A DNA stretch of 64,000 nt, from NCBI RefSeq assembly GCF_016903815.1, contig NZ_CP069973.1; one strand, given 5' to 3'. Positions within the stretch are counted from its first letter, which is position 1. Each line of letters starts with the position of its first letter. The notes beneath the pieces were generated by a model. The model was not told the DNA's origin, ran no database searches, and saw only the letters and a list, made by a program, of their open reading frames with translations. A program made the translations under genes and the position numbers. Below are positions 1-13,722 of the stretch, piece after piece. The DNA is from Escherichia coli. GTDB lineage: Bacteria; Pseudomonadota; Gammaproteobacteria; Enterobacterales; Enterobacteriaceae.

Positions 1-33
1 AAAAGGCCAGCCTCGCTTGAGACTGGCCTTTCT
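1..33 (-). terminator. Probable rho-independent terminator 3' of rpoS
   Basis: Inverted repeat aaggccag...ctggcctt just downstream of the rpoS stop, with a T-run on the minus strand. Read directly; not energy-scored. Confidence 0.45.
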
Positions 34-46
34 GACAGATGCTTAC

Positions 47-1039
47 TTACTCGCGGAACAGCGCTTCGATATTCAGCCCCTGCGTTTGCAGGATTTCGCG
101 CAAACGGCGCAGGCCTTCAACCTGAATCTGGCGAACACGTTCACGGGTGAGGCCAATTTCACGACCTACATCTTCCAGTGTTGCCGCTTCGTACCCCAGC
201 AAACCGAATCGACGTGCCAGTACTTCACGCTGTTTGGCGTTCAGCTCGAACAGCCATTTGACGATGCTCTGCTTCATATCGTCATCTTGCGTGGTATCTT
301 CCGGACCGTTCTCTTTTTCATCGGCCAGGATGTCCAGCAACGCTTTTTCGGAATCACCACCCAGCGGGGTGTCTACCGAGGTAATGCGCTCGTTAAGACG
401 AAGCATACGGCTGACGTCATCAACTGGCTTATCCAGTTGCTCTGCGATCTCTTCCGCACTTGGTTCGTGGTCCAGTTTATGGGACAACTCGCGTGCGGTT
501 CGCAGGTAAACGTTCAGCTCCTTTACGATGTGAATCGGCAAACGAATAGTACGGGTTTGGTTCATAATCGCCCGTTCGATCGTCTGGCGAATCCACCAGG
601 TTGCGTATGTTGAGAAGCGGAAACCACGTTCCGGGTCAAACTTCTCTACCGCGCGGATCAGCCCCAGGTTGCCCTCTTCGATCAGGTCCAGCAACGCCAG
701 ACCACGATTGCCATAACGGCGGGCAATTTTTACCACCAGACGCAAGTTACTCTCGATCATCCGGCGGCGGGAGGCAACATCTCCACGCAGTGCGCGACGC
801 GCAAAATAAACTTCTTCTTCGGCCGTTAACAGTGGTGAATAACCAATCTCACCAAGGTAAAGCTGAGTCGCGTCCAACACACGCTGTGTGGCTCCCTGCG
901 ATAACAGTTCCTCTTCGGCCAAATCGTTATCACTGGGTTCCTCTTCTACTAAGGCCTTTTCGTCAAAAACCTCAACTCCGTTCTCATCAAATTCCGCATC
1001 TTCATTTAAATCATGAACTTTCAGCGTATTCTGACTCAT
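47..1039 (-). CDS. rpoS: RNA polymerase sigma factor RpoS (sigma-38)
   Basis: Track ORF 47..1075; protein recognised as RpoS. Start trimmed to internal ATG ([17 protein letters not shown]...), giving 330 aa. Codon 33 is GAG (Glu). Confidence 0.97.
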   Translation of the reverse strand: MSQNTLKVHDLNEDAEFDENGVEVFDEKALVEEEPSDNDLAEEELLSQGATQRVLDATQLYLGEIGYSPLLTAEEEVYFARRALRGDVASRRRMIESNLRLVVKIARRYGNRGLALLDLIEEGNLGLIRAVEKFDPERGFRFSTYATWWIRQTIERAIMNQTRTIRLPIHIVKELNVYLRTARELSHKLDHEPSAEEIAEQLDKPVDDVSRMLRLNERITSVDTPLGGDSEKALLDILADEKENGPEDTTQDDDMKQSIVKWLFELNAKQREVLARRFGLLGYEAATLEDVGREIGLTRERVRQIQVEGLRRLREILQTQGLNIEALFRE

Positions 1040-1101
1040 AAGGTGGCTCCTACCCGTGATCCCTTGACGGAACATTCAAGCAAAAGCCTGGTTCCGCCGA
1101 T

Positions 1102-2241
1102 TTATCGCTGCGGCAAATAACGCAGCGGGTTTACGGATTTCCCCTTGTAACGAATTTCAAAATGCAAGCGTGTTGAACTGGTTCCGGTGCTACCCATGGT
1201 TGCTATTTTTTGCCCCGCCTTCACTTCTTGTTGTTCCCGGACCAGCATTGTGTCGTTATGGGCGTAGGCACTCAGGTAATCATCATTATGTTTGATGATA
1301 ATCAGATTACCGTAGCCGCGCAGCGCGTTACCGGCATAAACAACGCGGCCATCTGCGGTCGCGATAATTGCCTGTCCTTTGCTGCCTGCGATATCAATCC
1401 CCTTGTTGCCCCCCTCAGAAGCGCCAAAGGTTTCGATCACTTTGCCCTCAGTCGGCCAGCGCCAGGTGGAGATAGGCGTACTGGTTGATGTACTGCTGAC
1501 AGTCGGCTCGGTTGTGCTTGCTGTTGGCACCGTTACAGGCGCTGTGACCGTGGTCGCAGTTGGCTTGTTGTTCGGCAACATTTTGTTAGCACTCTGTTCA
1601 CCCGAAGACTCAGAATACGTAATTGTCGGTTGCGACGCAACAGCAACGGTGGAATTTTGTGCAGGCTTGATCACAACTCCTTGCTCTGCTGCGTCGGCCT
1701 GGGTAATGGCATTTCCGCCAGTGATTGGCGTACCGGAAGCATTACCCACCTGCAAGGTCTGACCAACGTTCAGCGCGTATGGTGCCTGAATATTGTTGCG
1801 CTGAGCAAGGTCACGGAAATCGTTGCCAGTAATCCAGGCGATATAGAAAAGTGTGTCGCCTTTTTTCACGGTATAGGTACTGCCGCTATAACTGCCTTTC
1901 GGAATGTTCCCATACTGACGGTTATAGACGATGCGTCCGTTTTCCATCTGTACCGGCTGCTGAGCTACTGGCTGCACCGGCTGGATTTGCGGTTGTTGAG
2001 TGGCCTGAATTTGTGGCTGCTGTACCGGCTGAATTTGCGGTTGCTGAGCTGTAGACGTCGTTCCCATTTTCGGCGGCGGCGTAATCAACATACCAGAATT
2101 GGTATTTGCAGGCGCATTGCCATTAACGGAGCTGACCGGTGCCGGTGGATTTGAAGTGTCAGAACAGCCTGCCAGCCATAGCGAAACCAGTGACAAAGCC
2201 GCAATGCGGCGAACGGTGAATTTTGGGCTTCCCGCGCTCAT
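1102..2241 (-). CDS. nlpD: Murein hydrolase activator lipoprotein NlpD (LysM + M23 peptidase-like domain)
   Basis: 379-aa ORF with lipoprotein signal (LAGCS), Q/P-rich repeat linker and C-terminal M23-like domain; sits immediately upstream of rpoS. Confidence 0.95.
   Translation of the reverse strand: MSAGSPKFTVRRIAALSLVSLWLAGCSDTSNPPAPVSSVNGNAPANTNSGMLITPPPKMGTTSTAQQPQIQPVQQPQIQATQQPQIQPVQPVAQQPVQMENGRIVYNRQYGNIPKGSYSGSTYTVKKGDTLFYIAWITGNDFRDLAQRNNIQAPYALNVGQTLQVGNASGTPITGGNAITQADAAEQGVVIKPAQNSTVAVASQPTITYSESSGEQSANKMLPNNKPTATTVTAPVTVPTASTTEPTVSSTSTSTPISTWRWPTEGKVIETFGASEGGNKGIDIAGSKGQAIIATADGRVVYAGNALRGYGNLIIIKHNDDYLSAYAHNDTMLVREQQEVKAGQKIATMGSTGTSSTRLHFEIRYKGKSVNPLRYLPQR
1948..2046 (-). 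repeat. Imperfect in-frame tandem repeat in nlpD encoding (QQPQIQP[V/A])n
   Basis: Protein segment [33 protein letters not shown]; DNA shows repeated ccggctg[g/a]atttg[c/t]gg units. Coordinates derived from codon positions. Confidence 0.6.
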
Positions 2242-2380
2242 TTATCCCCCAGGAAAAATTGGTTAATAACCAGTGACATAATTACCGTGCAAGGCACCAT
2301 ACTGAACACTGGAAAAGATGTTCACGATACGCTGACCTGCGGCAAAATAACCAGGAAAAATCCAGGTATTTCCTCACGTT

Positions 2381-3742
<1,362 letters not shown>

Positions 3743-3762
<20 letters not shown>

Positions 3763-4792
3763 AATCACCTGTTGTGTTGATAAGTTCCCTGACAACGCTG
3801 GTTGCAAAACTACCCGCCGGAAGCCAGAAACGGATTTCTACGGTGACGTCATCCCACCAGTTCCAGCTTAATTGTTGCGGATACAGCAGCATCGCTCTGC
3901 GCGCGGCTTCAACTTTTTCGCGCACCAGTAAGGCTTGTAATTCAGTTTCTGCGGCGACAGCTGCTTGTTCGAATGCCAGCGCTTCACGCTGAGTTCCCCA
4001 TTCGCCACTGCCCGGCAATGCGGCGGTTATCATTAGCTCTTTATCGTTGACGCGACGCTGTAATTCCGCCAGTTCTTCGGTGGTTGCGACAAACCAGCTA
4101 CCACGTCCGGCTAATTGTAGCGCATCGCCGTCAACAACTTGATTAACGTCTGCTTTTTTGAGGCGCTCAGCAACAATCTGATTAAACAACGCACTGCGGG
4201 CTGCCGACAACCAAAAACTCCGTTTATTGCGATCGCGCACCGGAGTATTGGTTTGCGCCCAGCGCAGCGCGCCCTGCAAGTTGCTACCGCCAATCCCAAA
4301 ACGTTGGGCACCAAAATAGTTAGGCACGCCTTTTACGCAAATATCGATCAGACGTTGTTCAACGTCATCGCGATTGCTCACTTCGCGCAGAACCAGGGTA
4401 AAGGCGTTACCTTTCAGCGCGCCTAAACGCAGCTTGCGCTTGTGCCGCGCATACTCCAGCACCTGGCAGCCTTCCAGTTGAAAGGCGCTCAGATCGGGCA
4501 TTTCCTTGCCCGGCACGCGAGCACATAACCACTGTTCCGTTACAGCATGTTTGTCTTTTTGCCCAGCGAAGCTGACTTCACGGGCATGAATTTTAAGGAA
4601 TTTCGCCAGTGCATCCGCCACAAAACGGGTATTGCAGCCGTTTTTGAGGATTCTAACCAGAATATGCTCACCTTCACCATCAGGCTCAAAGCCCAAATCT
4701 TCCACCACCACAAAGTCTTCCGGATTGGCTTTCAGCAGCCCAGTGCCTTGCGGTTTACCGTGGAGGTAAGTGAGATTATCAAACTCAATCAT
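3743..4792 (-). CDS. truD: tRNA pseudouridine(13) synthase TruD
   Basis: 349-aa ORF recognised as TruD; conserved synteny. Confidence 0.93.
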
Positions 4793-5268
4793 TTTGTTGC
4801 CTTAATGAGTAGCGCCACCGCTTCACAGGCAATCCCTTCCCCACGTCCGGTAAATCCAAGTTTTTCCGTAGTAGTGGCTTTCACGTTAACATCATCCATA
4901 TGGCAGCCGAGATCTTCGGCAATAAACACGCGCATTTGTGGAATGTGCGGCAACATCTTCGGTGCCTGAGCGATGATAGTGACATCGACGTTGCCCAGGG
5001 TATAACCCTTCGCCTGAATACGACGCCAGGCTTCGCGTAGCAGCTCGCGGCTGTCGGCACCTTTAAATGCCGGATCGGTATCCGGGAACAGTTTGCCGAT
5101 ATCCCCCAGCGCCGCCGCGCCAAGCAATGCATCGGTCAACGCATGGAGCGCCACGTCGCCATCAGAATGCGCCAGCAATCCTTTTTCGTAAGGAATGCGT
5201 ACGCCACCAATGATAAGTGGGCCTTCACCGCCAAAGGCGTGTACGTCAAAACCGTGTCCAATTCGCAT
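4789..5268 (-). CDS. ispF: 2-C-methyl-D-erythritol 2,4-cyclodiphosphate synthase
   Basis: 159-aa ORF ([12 protein letters not shown]...), recognised as IspF; 4-bp overlap with truD. Confidence 0.96.
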   Translation of the reverse strand: MRIGHGFDVHAFGGEGPLIIGGVRIPYEKGLLAHSDGDVALHALTDALLGAAALGDIGKLFPDTDPAFKGADSRELLREAWRRIQAKGYTLGNVDVTIIAQAPKMLPHIPQMRVFIAEDLGCHMDDVNVKATTTEKLGFTGRGEGIACEAVALLIKATK

Positions 5269-5978
5269 TATGTATTCTCCTGATGGATGGTTCGGGTGAG
5301 GTAAAACTCGGCCAGTGCCAAATCTTCCGGTCGCGTGACTTTAATGTTATCCGCGCGGCCTTCGACCAACTGCGGATGGAATCCGCAATATTCCAGCGCC
5401 GAGGCTTCGTCGGTAATGGTAGCGCCTTCATTTAGAGCGCGCGTCAGGCAGTCATGTAACAGCTCGCGAGGGAAAAATTGCGGCGTCAGCGCGTGCCATA
5501 AGCCGTTGCGATCAACGGTATGAGCAATGGCATTTTTGCCCGGTTCGGCACGTTTCATCGTATCGCGCACTGGTGCGGCGAGGATCCCCCCCGTGCGGCT
5601 GGTTTCGCTCAACGCCAACAATCGCGCGAGGTCATCCTGATGCAGACAAGGACGAGCGGCGTCATGCACCAATACCCACTGCGCGTCGCCAGCGGCTTTC
5701 AGACCTGCCAGCACCGAATCGGCACGCTCATCACCGCCATCTACAACGGTGATTTGCGGATGATTCGCCAGAGGAAGTTGTGCAAAACGGCTATCGCCAG
5801 GACTTATGGCAATGACGACACGTTTCACCCGGGGATGCGCCAGCAGCGCATGCACCGAGTGTTCAAGAATGGTTTGATTACCGATTGAGAGATATTGCTT
5901 AGGACATTCCGTTTGCATTCGACGGCCAAATCCGGCCGCCGGAACCACGGCGCAAACATCCAAATGAGTGGTTGCCAT
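5268..5978 (-). CDS. ispD: 2-C-methyl-D-erythritol 4-phosphate cytidylyltransferase
   Basis: 236-aa ORF recognised as IspD; stop overlaps ispF start by 1 bp. Confidence 0.96.
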   Translation of the reverse strand: MATTHLDVCAVVPAAGFGRRMQTECPKQYLSIGNQTILEHSVHALLAHPRVKRVVIAISPGDSRFAQLPLANHPQITVVDGGDERADSVLAGLKAAGDAQWVLVHDAARPCLHQDDLARLLALSETSRTGGILAAPVRDTMKRAEPGKNAIAHTVDRNGLWHALTPQFFPRELLHDCLTRALNEGATITDEASALEYCGFHPQLVEGRADNIKVTRPEDLALAEFYLTRTIHQENT

Positions 5979-5996
5979 GTTAATTCCCGGGCTGAT

Positions 5997-6308
5997 TTAT
6001 CGATTGTTTTGCCCCGCAGACTGTGCGCGCTTCGACGCGTCAGGCACCAGACGATAAAAAGTTTCGCCCGGCCTGGTCATGCTGAGTTCATTACGCGCAC
6101 GCTCTTCGAGCGCCTCCTGGCCGCCATTGAGATCGTCAATTTCGGCAAAAAGTTGATCGTTTCGCGCTTTAAGTTTCGCGTTTGTAGCTTGCTGTGCCGC
6201 CACATCATCATTGACGCGGGTATAGTCATGTATACCGTTCTTACCGAACCACAGCGAATACTGTAGCCAGACCAGAATAGCCAGCAACAGCAGCGTTAGT
6301 TTACCCAT
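5997..6308 (-). CDS. ftsB: Cell division protein FtsB
   Basis: 103-aa ORF with N-terminal TM segment and coiled-coil; upstream of ispDF. Confidence 0.92.
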
Positions 6309-6501
6309 CCTGCCCCCTGAAAAACGGCATCATCATCCCATGCATCCGAAGACGACTCTACATCCTCTGTTGGGGATACCGCGACAACGCGGGCAAATGT
6401 ACCACATTTGTCCATTGTTACGTATACCCAGGGCGTGCAGAACATAATCTCATTATTAGTTACGGTTTGAATTATGAACAGAGGAGACAAGAAAGTACAA
6501 A

Positions 6502-6825
6502 TTAGCCCAGTAGCCACATAAACAGTGCGCCAAACATAATGCCTACTGTCACCAGGGTGAAAACAATACTGTAGCGTAGCTTTCCGTCCATCAATGAATG
6601 CAGCGCAATCCCCACCACTACCGCGACAGGCATCAGTGCCAGAAAGAAAGGCCAGGTGTAGATAAAGAAAAACAGCGTGTTAGAGCCATAAATCAACATC
6701 GGCATCGCCAGCGCAAATAACCAGGAGATAAAACCGACCACAGCACCAGGCAGTGACCATGTGGTTTCTTCATCCTCAGTAAGGCTGTCGTTATTTGTTA
6801 GTGTAATGTTATGGCTATTACGCAT
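6502..6825 (-). CDS. ygbE: Inner membrane protein YgbE (multi-pass, function unknown)
   Basis: 107-aa strongly hydrophobic ORF at the K-12 ygbE position between cysC and ftsB. Confidence 0.8.
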   Translation of the reverse strand: MRNSHNITLTNNDSLTEDEETTWSLPGAVVGFISWLFALAMPMLIYGSNTLFFFIYTWPFFLALMPVAVVVGIALHSLMDGKLRYSIVFTLVTVGIMFGALFMWLLG

Positions 6826-6874
6826 ATTTGATCCTGTTACTTTGACGAACCGGGCATGGAAACCCGGTGGTGTC

Positions 6875-7480
6875 TCAGGATCTGATAATATCGTTCTGTC
6901 TCAACAGATCTAATAATTGCTGTACCAAATTTGTTACTAATTGTTCACCATTGAGATGAATTTCTGCCGATTCAGGCGCTTCGTAAACGGAATCTATTCC
7001 CGTAAAGTTGCGCAGTTCACCGGCACGCGCTTTCTTATATAAGCCTTTTGGATCGCGGGCTTCGCAAATCGCCAGCGGCGTATCGACAAACACTTCGATA
7101 AAGCGCCCTTCTCCTACGCGTTCACGAACCATCTGGCGTTCGGCGCGGTGTGGCGAGATGAATGCGGTCAGCACCACCAGTCCGGCTTCAACCATCAAAT
7201 TCGCCACTTCACCGACGCGACGGATATTCTCTTTACGATCGGCATCGCTAAAACCGAGATCGCTGCATAATCCGTGGCGAACATTGTCGCCATCCAGCAG
7301 ATACGTACTGACGCCGAGTTTATGTAACGCCTCCTCCAGCGCCCCGGCGACCGTTGATTTACCGGACCCGGAGAGGCCGGTAAACCACAGCACTACACCA
7401 CGATGACCGTGGTGTAGCTCGCGTTGTTGCACAGTGACCGGATGGCTATGCCAGACGACGTTTTCGTCATGCAGCGCCAT
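6875..7480 (-). CDS. cysC: Adenylyl-sulfate (APS) kinase
   Basis: 201-aa ORF with P-loop (GLSGSGKST); recognised as CysC. Confidence 0.97.
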
Positions 7481-8907
7481 TATTTATCCCCCAGCAAATC
7501 GCGTGCGCCCCAGTGCGGAAAGTGGCGACGAACCAGGGCATTCAATTCCAGTTCGAATGCACTGAATTCAGATGGCGCAGCAGTTGCCTGGCTAACTGGC
7601 TCGTGCACCATACCGGCACCCACGGTCACATTGCTCAGGCGATCGATAAAAATCAGCCCACCGGTAACCGGATTTTGCTGATAACGATCTAACACCAGTG
7701 GCTCGTCAAAAGTGAGATCCACCAGGCCGATGCCGTTCAGCGGCAGGTTTTCAACTTCGCGTTGGGTAAGGTTATTAATATCAACCTGATAACGAATGCC
7801 ATCAACACGAGCACGTGTCTTCTTACCGGCAATTTTGATGTCGTAACTCTGGCCTGGGGAAAGCGGCTGTTCCGCCATCCATACCACATCCACCGACGCG
7901 CTCTGCACAGCCGGTAACGCTTCGTCTGCCGCCAGCAGCAGATCGCCACGGCTGATGTCGATCTCATCCGTCAGCACTAGGGTGATCGCTTCTCCGGCAA
8001 AGGCTTCTTCGCGATCGCCATCAAAAGTCACGATCCGCGCGACGTTTGATTCCACACCAGAGGGCAGCACTTTGACACGTTGCCCGACTTCCACTCGACC
8101 GGATGCCAGCGTTCCGGCGTAGCCACGAAAATCGAGATTCGGGCGATTAACGTACTGCACCGGGAAGCGCATTGGCTGGGCATCCACCACTCGCTGGATC
8201 TCCACGGTTTCCAGCACTTCGAGCAGTGTCGGACCGCTGTACCACGGCATACTTTCACTTTGCGAAGCCACGTTGTCACCTTCCAGTGCAGAGAGCGGCA
8301 CAAAGCGGATATCCAGATTACCCGGCAGCTGCCCGGCAAAGGTCAGATAATCTTCGCGAATACGGGTGAACGTCTCTTCACTGTAATCCACCAGATCCAT
8401 TTTGTTGATCGCCACGACCAGATGTTTGATCCCCAACAGTGTGGAGATAAAACTGTGACGACGGGTTTGATCGAGCACGCCTTTACGGGCATCGATCAGT
8501 AAGATCGCCAGTTCACATGTCGATGCGCCAGTCGCCATATTGCGAGTGTACTGCTCGTGCCCTGGGGTATCGGCGATAATAAATTTACGCTTCTCGGTAG
8601 AGAAATAACGGTAAGCCACGTCAATGGTGATGCCCTGTTCGCGCTCAGCTTGCAGGCCGTCCACCAGCAGTGCCAGATCCAGTTTTTCGCCCTGGGTGCC
8701 GTGACGTTTACTGTCGTTATGCAGCGATGAGAGCTGATCTTCGTAGATTTGGCGGGTATCGTGCAGCAGGCGACCAATCAGGGTACTTTTGCCGTCATCG
8801 ACGCTACCACAGGTCAGAAAACGCAGCAGGCTTTTATGTTGTTGTGCAATCATCCAGGCTTCGACGCCGCCTTCATTGGCGATTTGTTGTGCAAGTGCGG
8901 TGTTCAT
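7480..8907 (-). CDS. cysN: Sulfate adenylyltransferase subunit 1 (GTPase)
   Basis: 475-aa ORF with GTP-binding motifs ([14 protein letters not shown]); stop overlaps cysC start. Confidence 0.97.
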
Positions 8908-8908
8908 C

Positions 8909-9817
8909 TTAAAAATACCCCTGACGTTTTTTCAACTCCATGGATCCCGCCTGGTCGCGGTCAATCACGCGACCCTGACGTTCACTGGTGGTGGAAACCA
9001 GCATCTCTTCGATGATTTCCGGCAGTGTTTGTGCATTTGACTCCACCGCACCGGTCAGCGGCCAGCAGCCCAGCGTACGGAAACGCACCATCCGTTTTTT
9101 AATCACTTCTCCCGGTTGCAGGTCGATACGGTTGTCATCAATCATCATCAACATACCGTCGCGTTCCAGAACCGGTCGTTCCGCAGCGAGATACAGCGGC
9201 ACAATGTCGATATTTTCCAGCCAGATGTATTGCCAGATATCCTGCTCGGTCCAGTTAGAGAGCGGGAAGACGCGAATGCTTTCGCCTTTGTTAATTTGCC
9301 CGTTGTAGTTGTGCCACAGCTCCGGGCGCTGATTTTTCGGATCCCAGCGATGGAAGCGGTCACGGAAAGAGTAGATTCGCTCTTTAGCACGGGATTTCTC
9401 TTCGTCGCGGCGTGCACCACCGAAGGCGGCATCAAAACCGTATTTATTCAGCGCCTGTTTCAGGCCTTCAGTTTTCATAATATCGGTATGTTTCGCGCTG
9501 CCATGAACGAATGGATTAATCCCCATCGCCACGCCTTCCGGGTTTTTATGCACCAGCAGCTCGCAGCCGTAGGCTTTAGCCGTACGATCGCGGAACTCAT
9601 ACATCTCGCGGAATTTCCAGCCGGTATCGACATGCAGCAACGGGAAAGGCAGCGTACCTGGATAAAACGCCTTGCGCGCCAGATGCAGCATGACGCTGGA
9701 ATCTTTACCGATAGAGTAGAGCATCACCGGATTTGAGAATTCTGCCGCCACCTCGCGAATAATGTGGATGCTTTCCGCCTCCAGTTGCCGCAGGTGAGTA
9801 AGTCGTTTTTGATCCAT
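8909..9817 (-). CDS. cysD: Sulfate adenylyltransferase subunit 2
   Basis: 302-aa ORF recognised as CysD (PAPS-reductase-like fold). Confidence 0.97.
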   Translation of the reverse strand: MDQKRLTHLRQLEAESIHIIREVAAEFSNPVMLYSIGKDSSVMLHLARKAFYPGTLPFPLLHVDTGWKFREMYEFRDRTAKAYGCELLVHKNPEGVAMGINPFVHGSAKHTDIMKTEGLKQALNKYGFDAAFGGARRDEEKSRAKERIYSFRDRFHRWDPKNQRPELWHNYNGQINKGESIRVFPLSNWTEQDIWQYIWLENIDIVPLYLAAERPVLERDGMLMMIDDNRIDLQPGEVIKKRMVRFRTLGCWPLTGAVESNAQTLPEIIEEMLVSTTSERQGRVIDRDQAGSMELKKRQGYF

Positions 9818-10068
9818 AACCGTTCCTTTGCAATACCGCTATTTTCTTGCCATCAGATGTTTCGACTATAGGGAGCGTAAGAGAACGAATGAAATTACCA
9901 ATTAGAATGAGTAGTTCCTTAACGGAATAACGATTTGGCAAAGCTAATATCAAAAAGTGCTTAAGGCACCGGATTTCGGGCGTTTAGGAAGATTTGAAAT
10001 TGTTTTAGCGCATCGGCAGTTTCATACTATGGCGGTAAAAAAATTTGCATGGTATTTAAGGACTCACT

Positions 10069-11106
10069 ATGTTTTCCGCATTGCGCCACCGTACCGCTGC
10101 CCTGGCGCTCGGCGTATGCTTTATTCTCCCCGTACACGCCTCGTCAGCTAAACCTGGCGATTTTGCTAATACTCAGGCACGACATATTGCTACTTTCTTT
10201 CCGGGACGCATGACCGGAACTCCTGCAGAAATGTTATCTGCCGATTATATTCGCCAACAGTTTCAGCAAATGGGTTATCGCAGTGATATTCGGACATTTA
10301 ATAGTCGGTATATTTATACCGCCCGCGATAATCGCAAGAGCTGGCATAACGTGACGGGAAGTACGGTGATTGCCGCTCATGAAGGCAAAGCGCCGCAGCA
10401 GATCATCATTATGGCGCATCTGGATACTTACGCCCCGCTGAGCGATGCTGACGCCGATGCCAATCTCGGCGGACTGACGTTACAAGGAATGGATGATAAC
10501 GCTGCAGGTTTAGGTGTCATGCTGGAACTGGCAGAACGCCTGAAAAATACGCCTACCGAGTATGGTATTCGATTTGTGGCGACCAGCGGCGAAGAGGAAG
10601 GGAAATTAGGCGCTGAGAATTTACTCAAGCGGATGAGTGACACCGAAAAGAAAAATACGCTGCTGGTGATTAATCTCGATAACTTAATTGTTGGCGATAA
10701 ATTGTATTTCAACAGCGGTGTAAAAACCCCTGAAGCAGTAAGGAAATTAACGCGCGACAGGGCGCTGGCAATTGCGCGTAGTCATGGAATTGCCGCAACG
10801 ACCAATCCGGGTTTGAATAAAAATTATCCGAAGGGTACTGGCTGTTGTAATGATGCCGAAGTTTTCGACAAAGCCGGTATTGCCGTACTTTCAGTAGAAG
10901 CAACAAATTGGAATCTTGGGAATAAGGATGGTTATCAGCAACGCGCAAAAACAGCTGCATTCCCTGCGGGAAATAGCTGGCATGACGTAAGACTGGATAA
11001 TCAACAACATATTGATAAGGCACTTCCTGGAAGAATAGAACGTCGCTGCCGTGATGTTATGCGGATAATGCTACCGCTGGTGAAGGAGCTGGCGAAGGCG
11101 TCTTGA
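10069..11106 (+). CDS. iap: Alkaline phosphatase isozyme conversion aminopeptidase Iap (M28 family)
   Basis: 345-aa ORF with signal peptide; directly flanks the CRISPR array as in E. coli. Confidence 0.93.
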   Translation: MFSALRHRTAALALGVCFILPVHASSAKPGDFANTQARHIATFFPGRMTGTPAEMLSADYIRQQFQQMGYRSDIRTFNSRYIYTARDNRKSWHNVTGSTVIAAHEGKAPQQIIIMAHLDTYAPLSDADADANLGGLTLQGMDDNAAGLGVMLELAERLKNTPTEYGIRFVATSGEEEGKLGAENLLKRMSDTEKKNTLLVINLDNLIVGDKLYFNSGVKTPEAVRKLTRDRALAIARSHGIAATTNPGLNKNYPKGTGCCNDAEVFDKAGIAVLSVEATNWNLGNKDGYQQRAKTAAFPAGNSWHDVRLDNQQHIDKALPGRIERRCRDVMRIMLPLVKELAKAS

Positions 11107-11126
11107 TGGGTTTGAAAATGAGAGCT

Positions 11127-11765
11127 GGGAGTTCTACCGCAGGGGCGGGGAACTCCAAGTGATGTCCATCATCGCATCCAGTGCGTCCGGTTTATCCCCG
11201 CTGACGCGGGGAACACGTCAATAGGCGGCGTCCCGTAGCCGTCCCCTTCGGTTTATCCCCGCTGGCGCGGGGAACACGTTGAGGTCGATAAGTACGAACG
11301 GTTTCCCTGCGGTTTATCCCCGCTGGCGCGGGGAACACGATCGCCTGCTCCAGCGTCACTCCCTGCCCCTCGATTTATCCCCGCTGGCGCGGGGAACACT
11401 TCTGATACGTACTGAGGCCGGTTGTGATACGCGATTTATCCCCGCTGGCGCGGGGAACACTAACCCCCAATGAAGTTAATAAAGTCTATGGCCGATTTAT
11501 CCCCGCTGGCGCGGGGAACACATGAGATTAAAATACTCAGTACTCTTACTCGCCGATTTATCCCCGCTGGCGCGGGGAACACCAGCGTGGCGCGATAAAG
11601 CAATGTGTCTGGCTCGATTTATCCCCGCTGGCGCGGGGAACACCAGAGGCAACCGACGCGGATTCAGTAGGAAAGCGATTTATCCCCGCTGGCGCGGGGA
11701 ACACCGATAGACACTTTGCGGTCATTGTCTATTCGGCGATTTATCCCCGCTGGCGCGGGGAACAC
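11127..11765 (-). CRISPR. Type I-E CRISPR array: 10 regular 29-bp repeats plus one degenerate terminal repeat, 10 spacers of 32 bp
   Basis: Plus-strand repeat cggtttatccccgctggcgcggggaacac at 61-bp period. Repeats start ~11188, 11249, 11310, 11371, 11432, 11493, 11554, 11615, 11676, 11737; degenerate repeat ~11127..11155. AT-rich leader on the cas2 side, so transcription runs toward iap. Confidence 0.97.
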
Positions 11766-11861
11766 ACTAAGCATACATAACTGTTTTTAAACAAATTTAT
11801 TCCGCATCAACAATCTACCAACTAAATTAAAACATTTCCTTATTTTTAAAGAACAGATAAC
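11766..11861 (-). promoter_or_regulatory. CRISPR leader (AT-rich) between array and cas2
   Basis: AT-rich stretch abutting the newest repeat. Assigned by position, which matches the leader location described for E. coli I-E arrays. Confidence 0.7.
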
Positions 11862-13071
<1,210 letters not shown>

Positions 13072-13075
<4 letters not shown>

Positions 13076-13722
13076 GCCTCTGCTCCGGGTTTGATCAGCA
13101 TCAGACCACAGCCGAACGCGCGGCTTTTGCCATACCCCTGGCTCAGACGTTGCAGAAATAACCCAGGATCGGTGACCGTAAGCATCCCCGTATAATCCAC
13201 GCTACTGAACTGGATCAGTTGCCGGGAGTTTTCCCGCCGCAGTTGCTGTTGTCGGTAGGCATCGACCGAGGTATCCAGTAGTGTAAAACCGCTTCTTTCC
13301 CCCTGCGCTGCCAGCCAGTCCAGCGCCGCCTGTTGTTGATGCAACCAGACATCACTTCCTTCCACCTGCCCCCTCACCTGCCGTTTCGCCTCCATCAGCA
13401 AGTCGTGGCGTTTGCCCGCTTTACAAATTGTTGGATTCGCCCGCAGGTTGAAACAAAGGGATTGTCCGGTACGCAACTCTGGCGCAAATGGTCGGCATTC
13501 GATGGTGAAAATATCACTTTCCGCCGGGCGTTCCTGCGACAGGACAAAAAAGCGAAACGCCCCCTGGAGTTCTTCCCGACGATAAAGAAATTGCCTTTCT
13601 TTGCCGCCAGGAAAAAGATCCCACAGCCACTGATGCATTACATATTCACCGCGACCCACCAAATGCAGCAACTGCGCAGGCAAAAGCTGGCCGGTATGTA
13701 AGGTTATTCTTGAGAGGTACAT
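13072..13722 (-). CDS. casE: CRISPR pre-crRNA endoribonuclease Cas6e (CasE/Cse3)
   Basis: Track ORF 13072..13860 trimmed to internal ATG (MYLSRITLHTGQ...), about 216 aa, with AGGAGG upstream. C-terminal glycine-rich G(F/M)GCGL-type motif. Start choice is inferred. Confidence 0.85.

Noticed and set aside
47-1075. N-terminal extensions in track ORFs (rpoS, surE, cas6e, cse1, cysH, queD, ygcN, ygcO, ygcQ, ygcR, ygcS, ygcW, ygcG, gudD)
   Set aside because: The track reports the longest ORF. I trimmed each to the internal ATG that matches the recognised protein N-terminus and, where checked, has a Shine-Dalgarno sequence. The extensions are not evidence of novel N-terminal domains.
6296-6517. 73-aa ORF filling the ftsB-ygbE intergenic gap on the same strand
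   Set aside because: No recognisable family, overlaps both flanking genes, no convincing RBS noticed, and the region should hold the ftsB promoter. Probably a chance ORF, though a small protein cannot be excluded without conservation or ribosome-profiling data.
11279-11710. Track ORFs 11279..11473 and 11522..11710 with recurring peptide FIPAGAGNT
   Set aside because: They are translations through the CRISPR array; the recurring peptide is just the repeat read in frame. Not genes.
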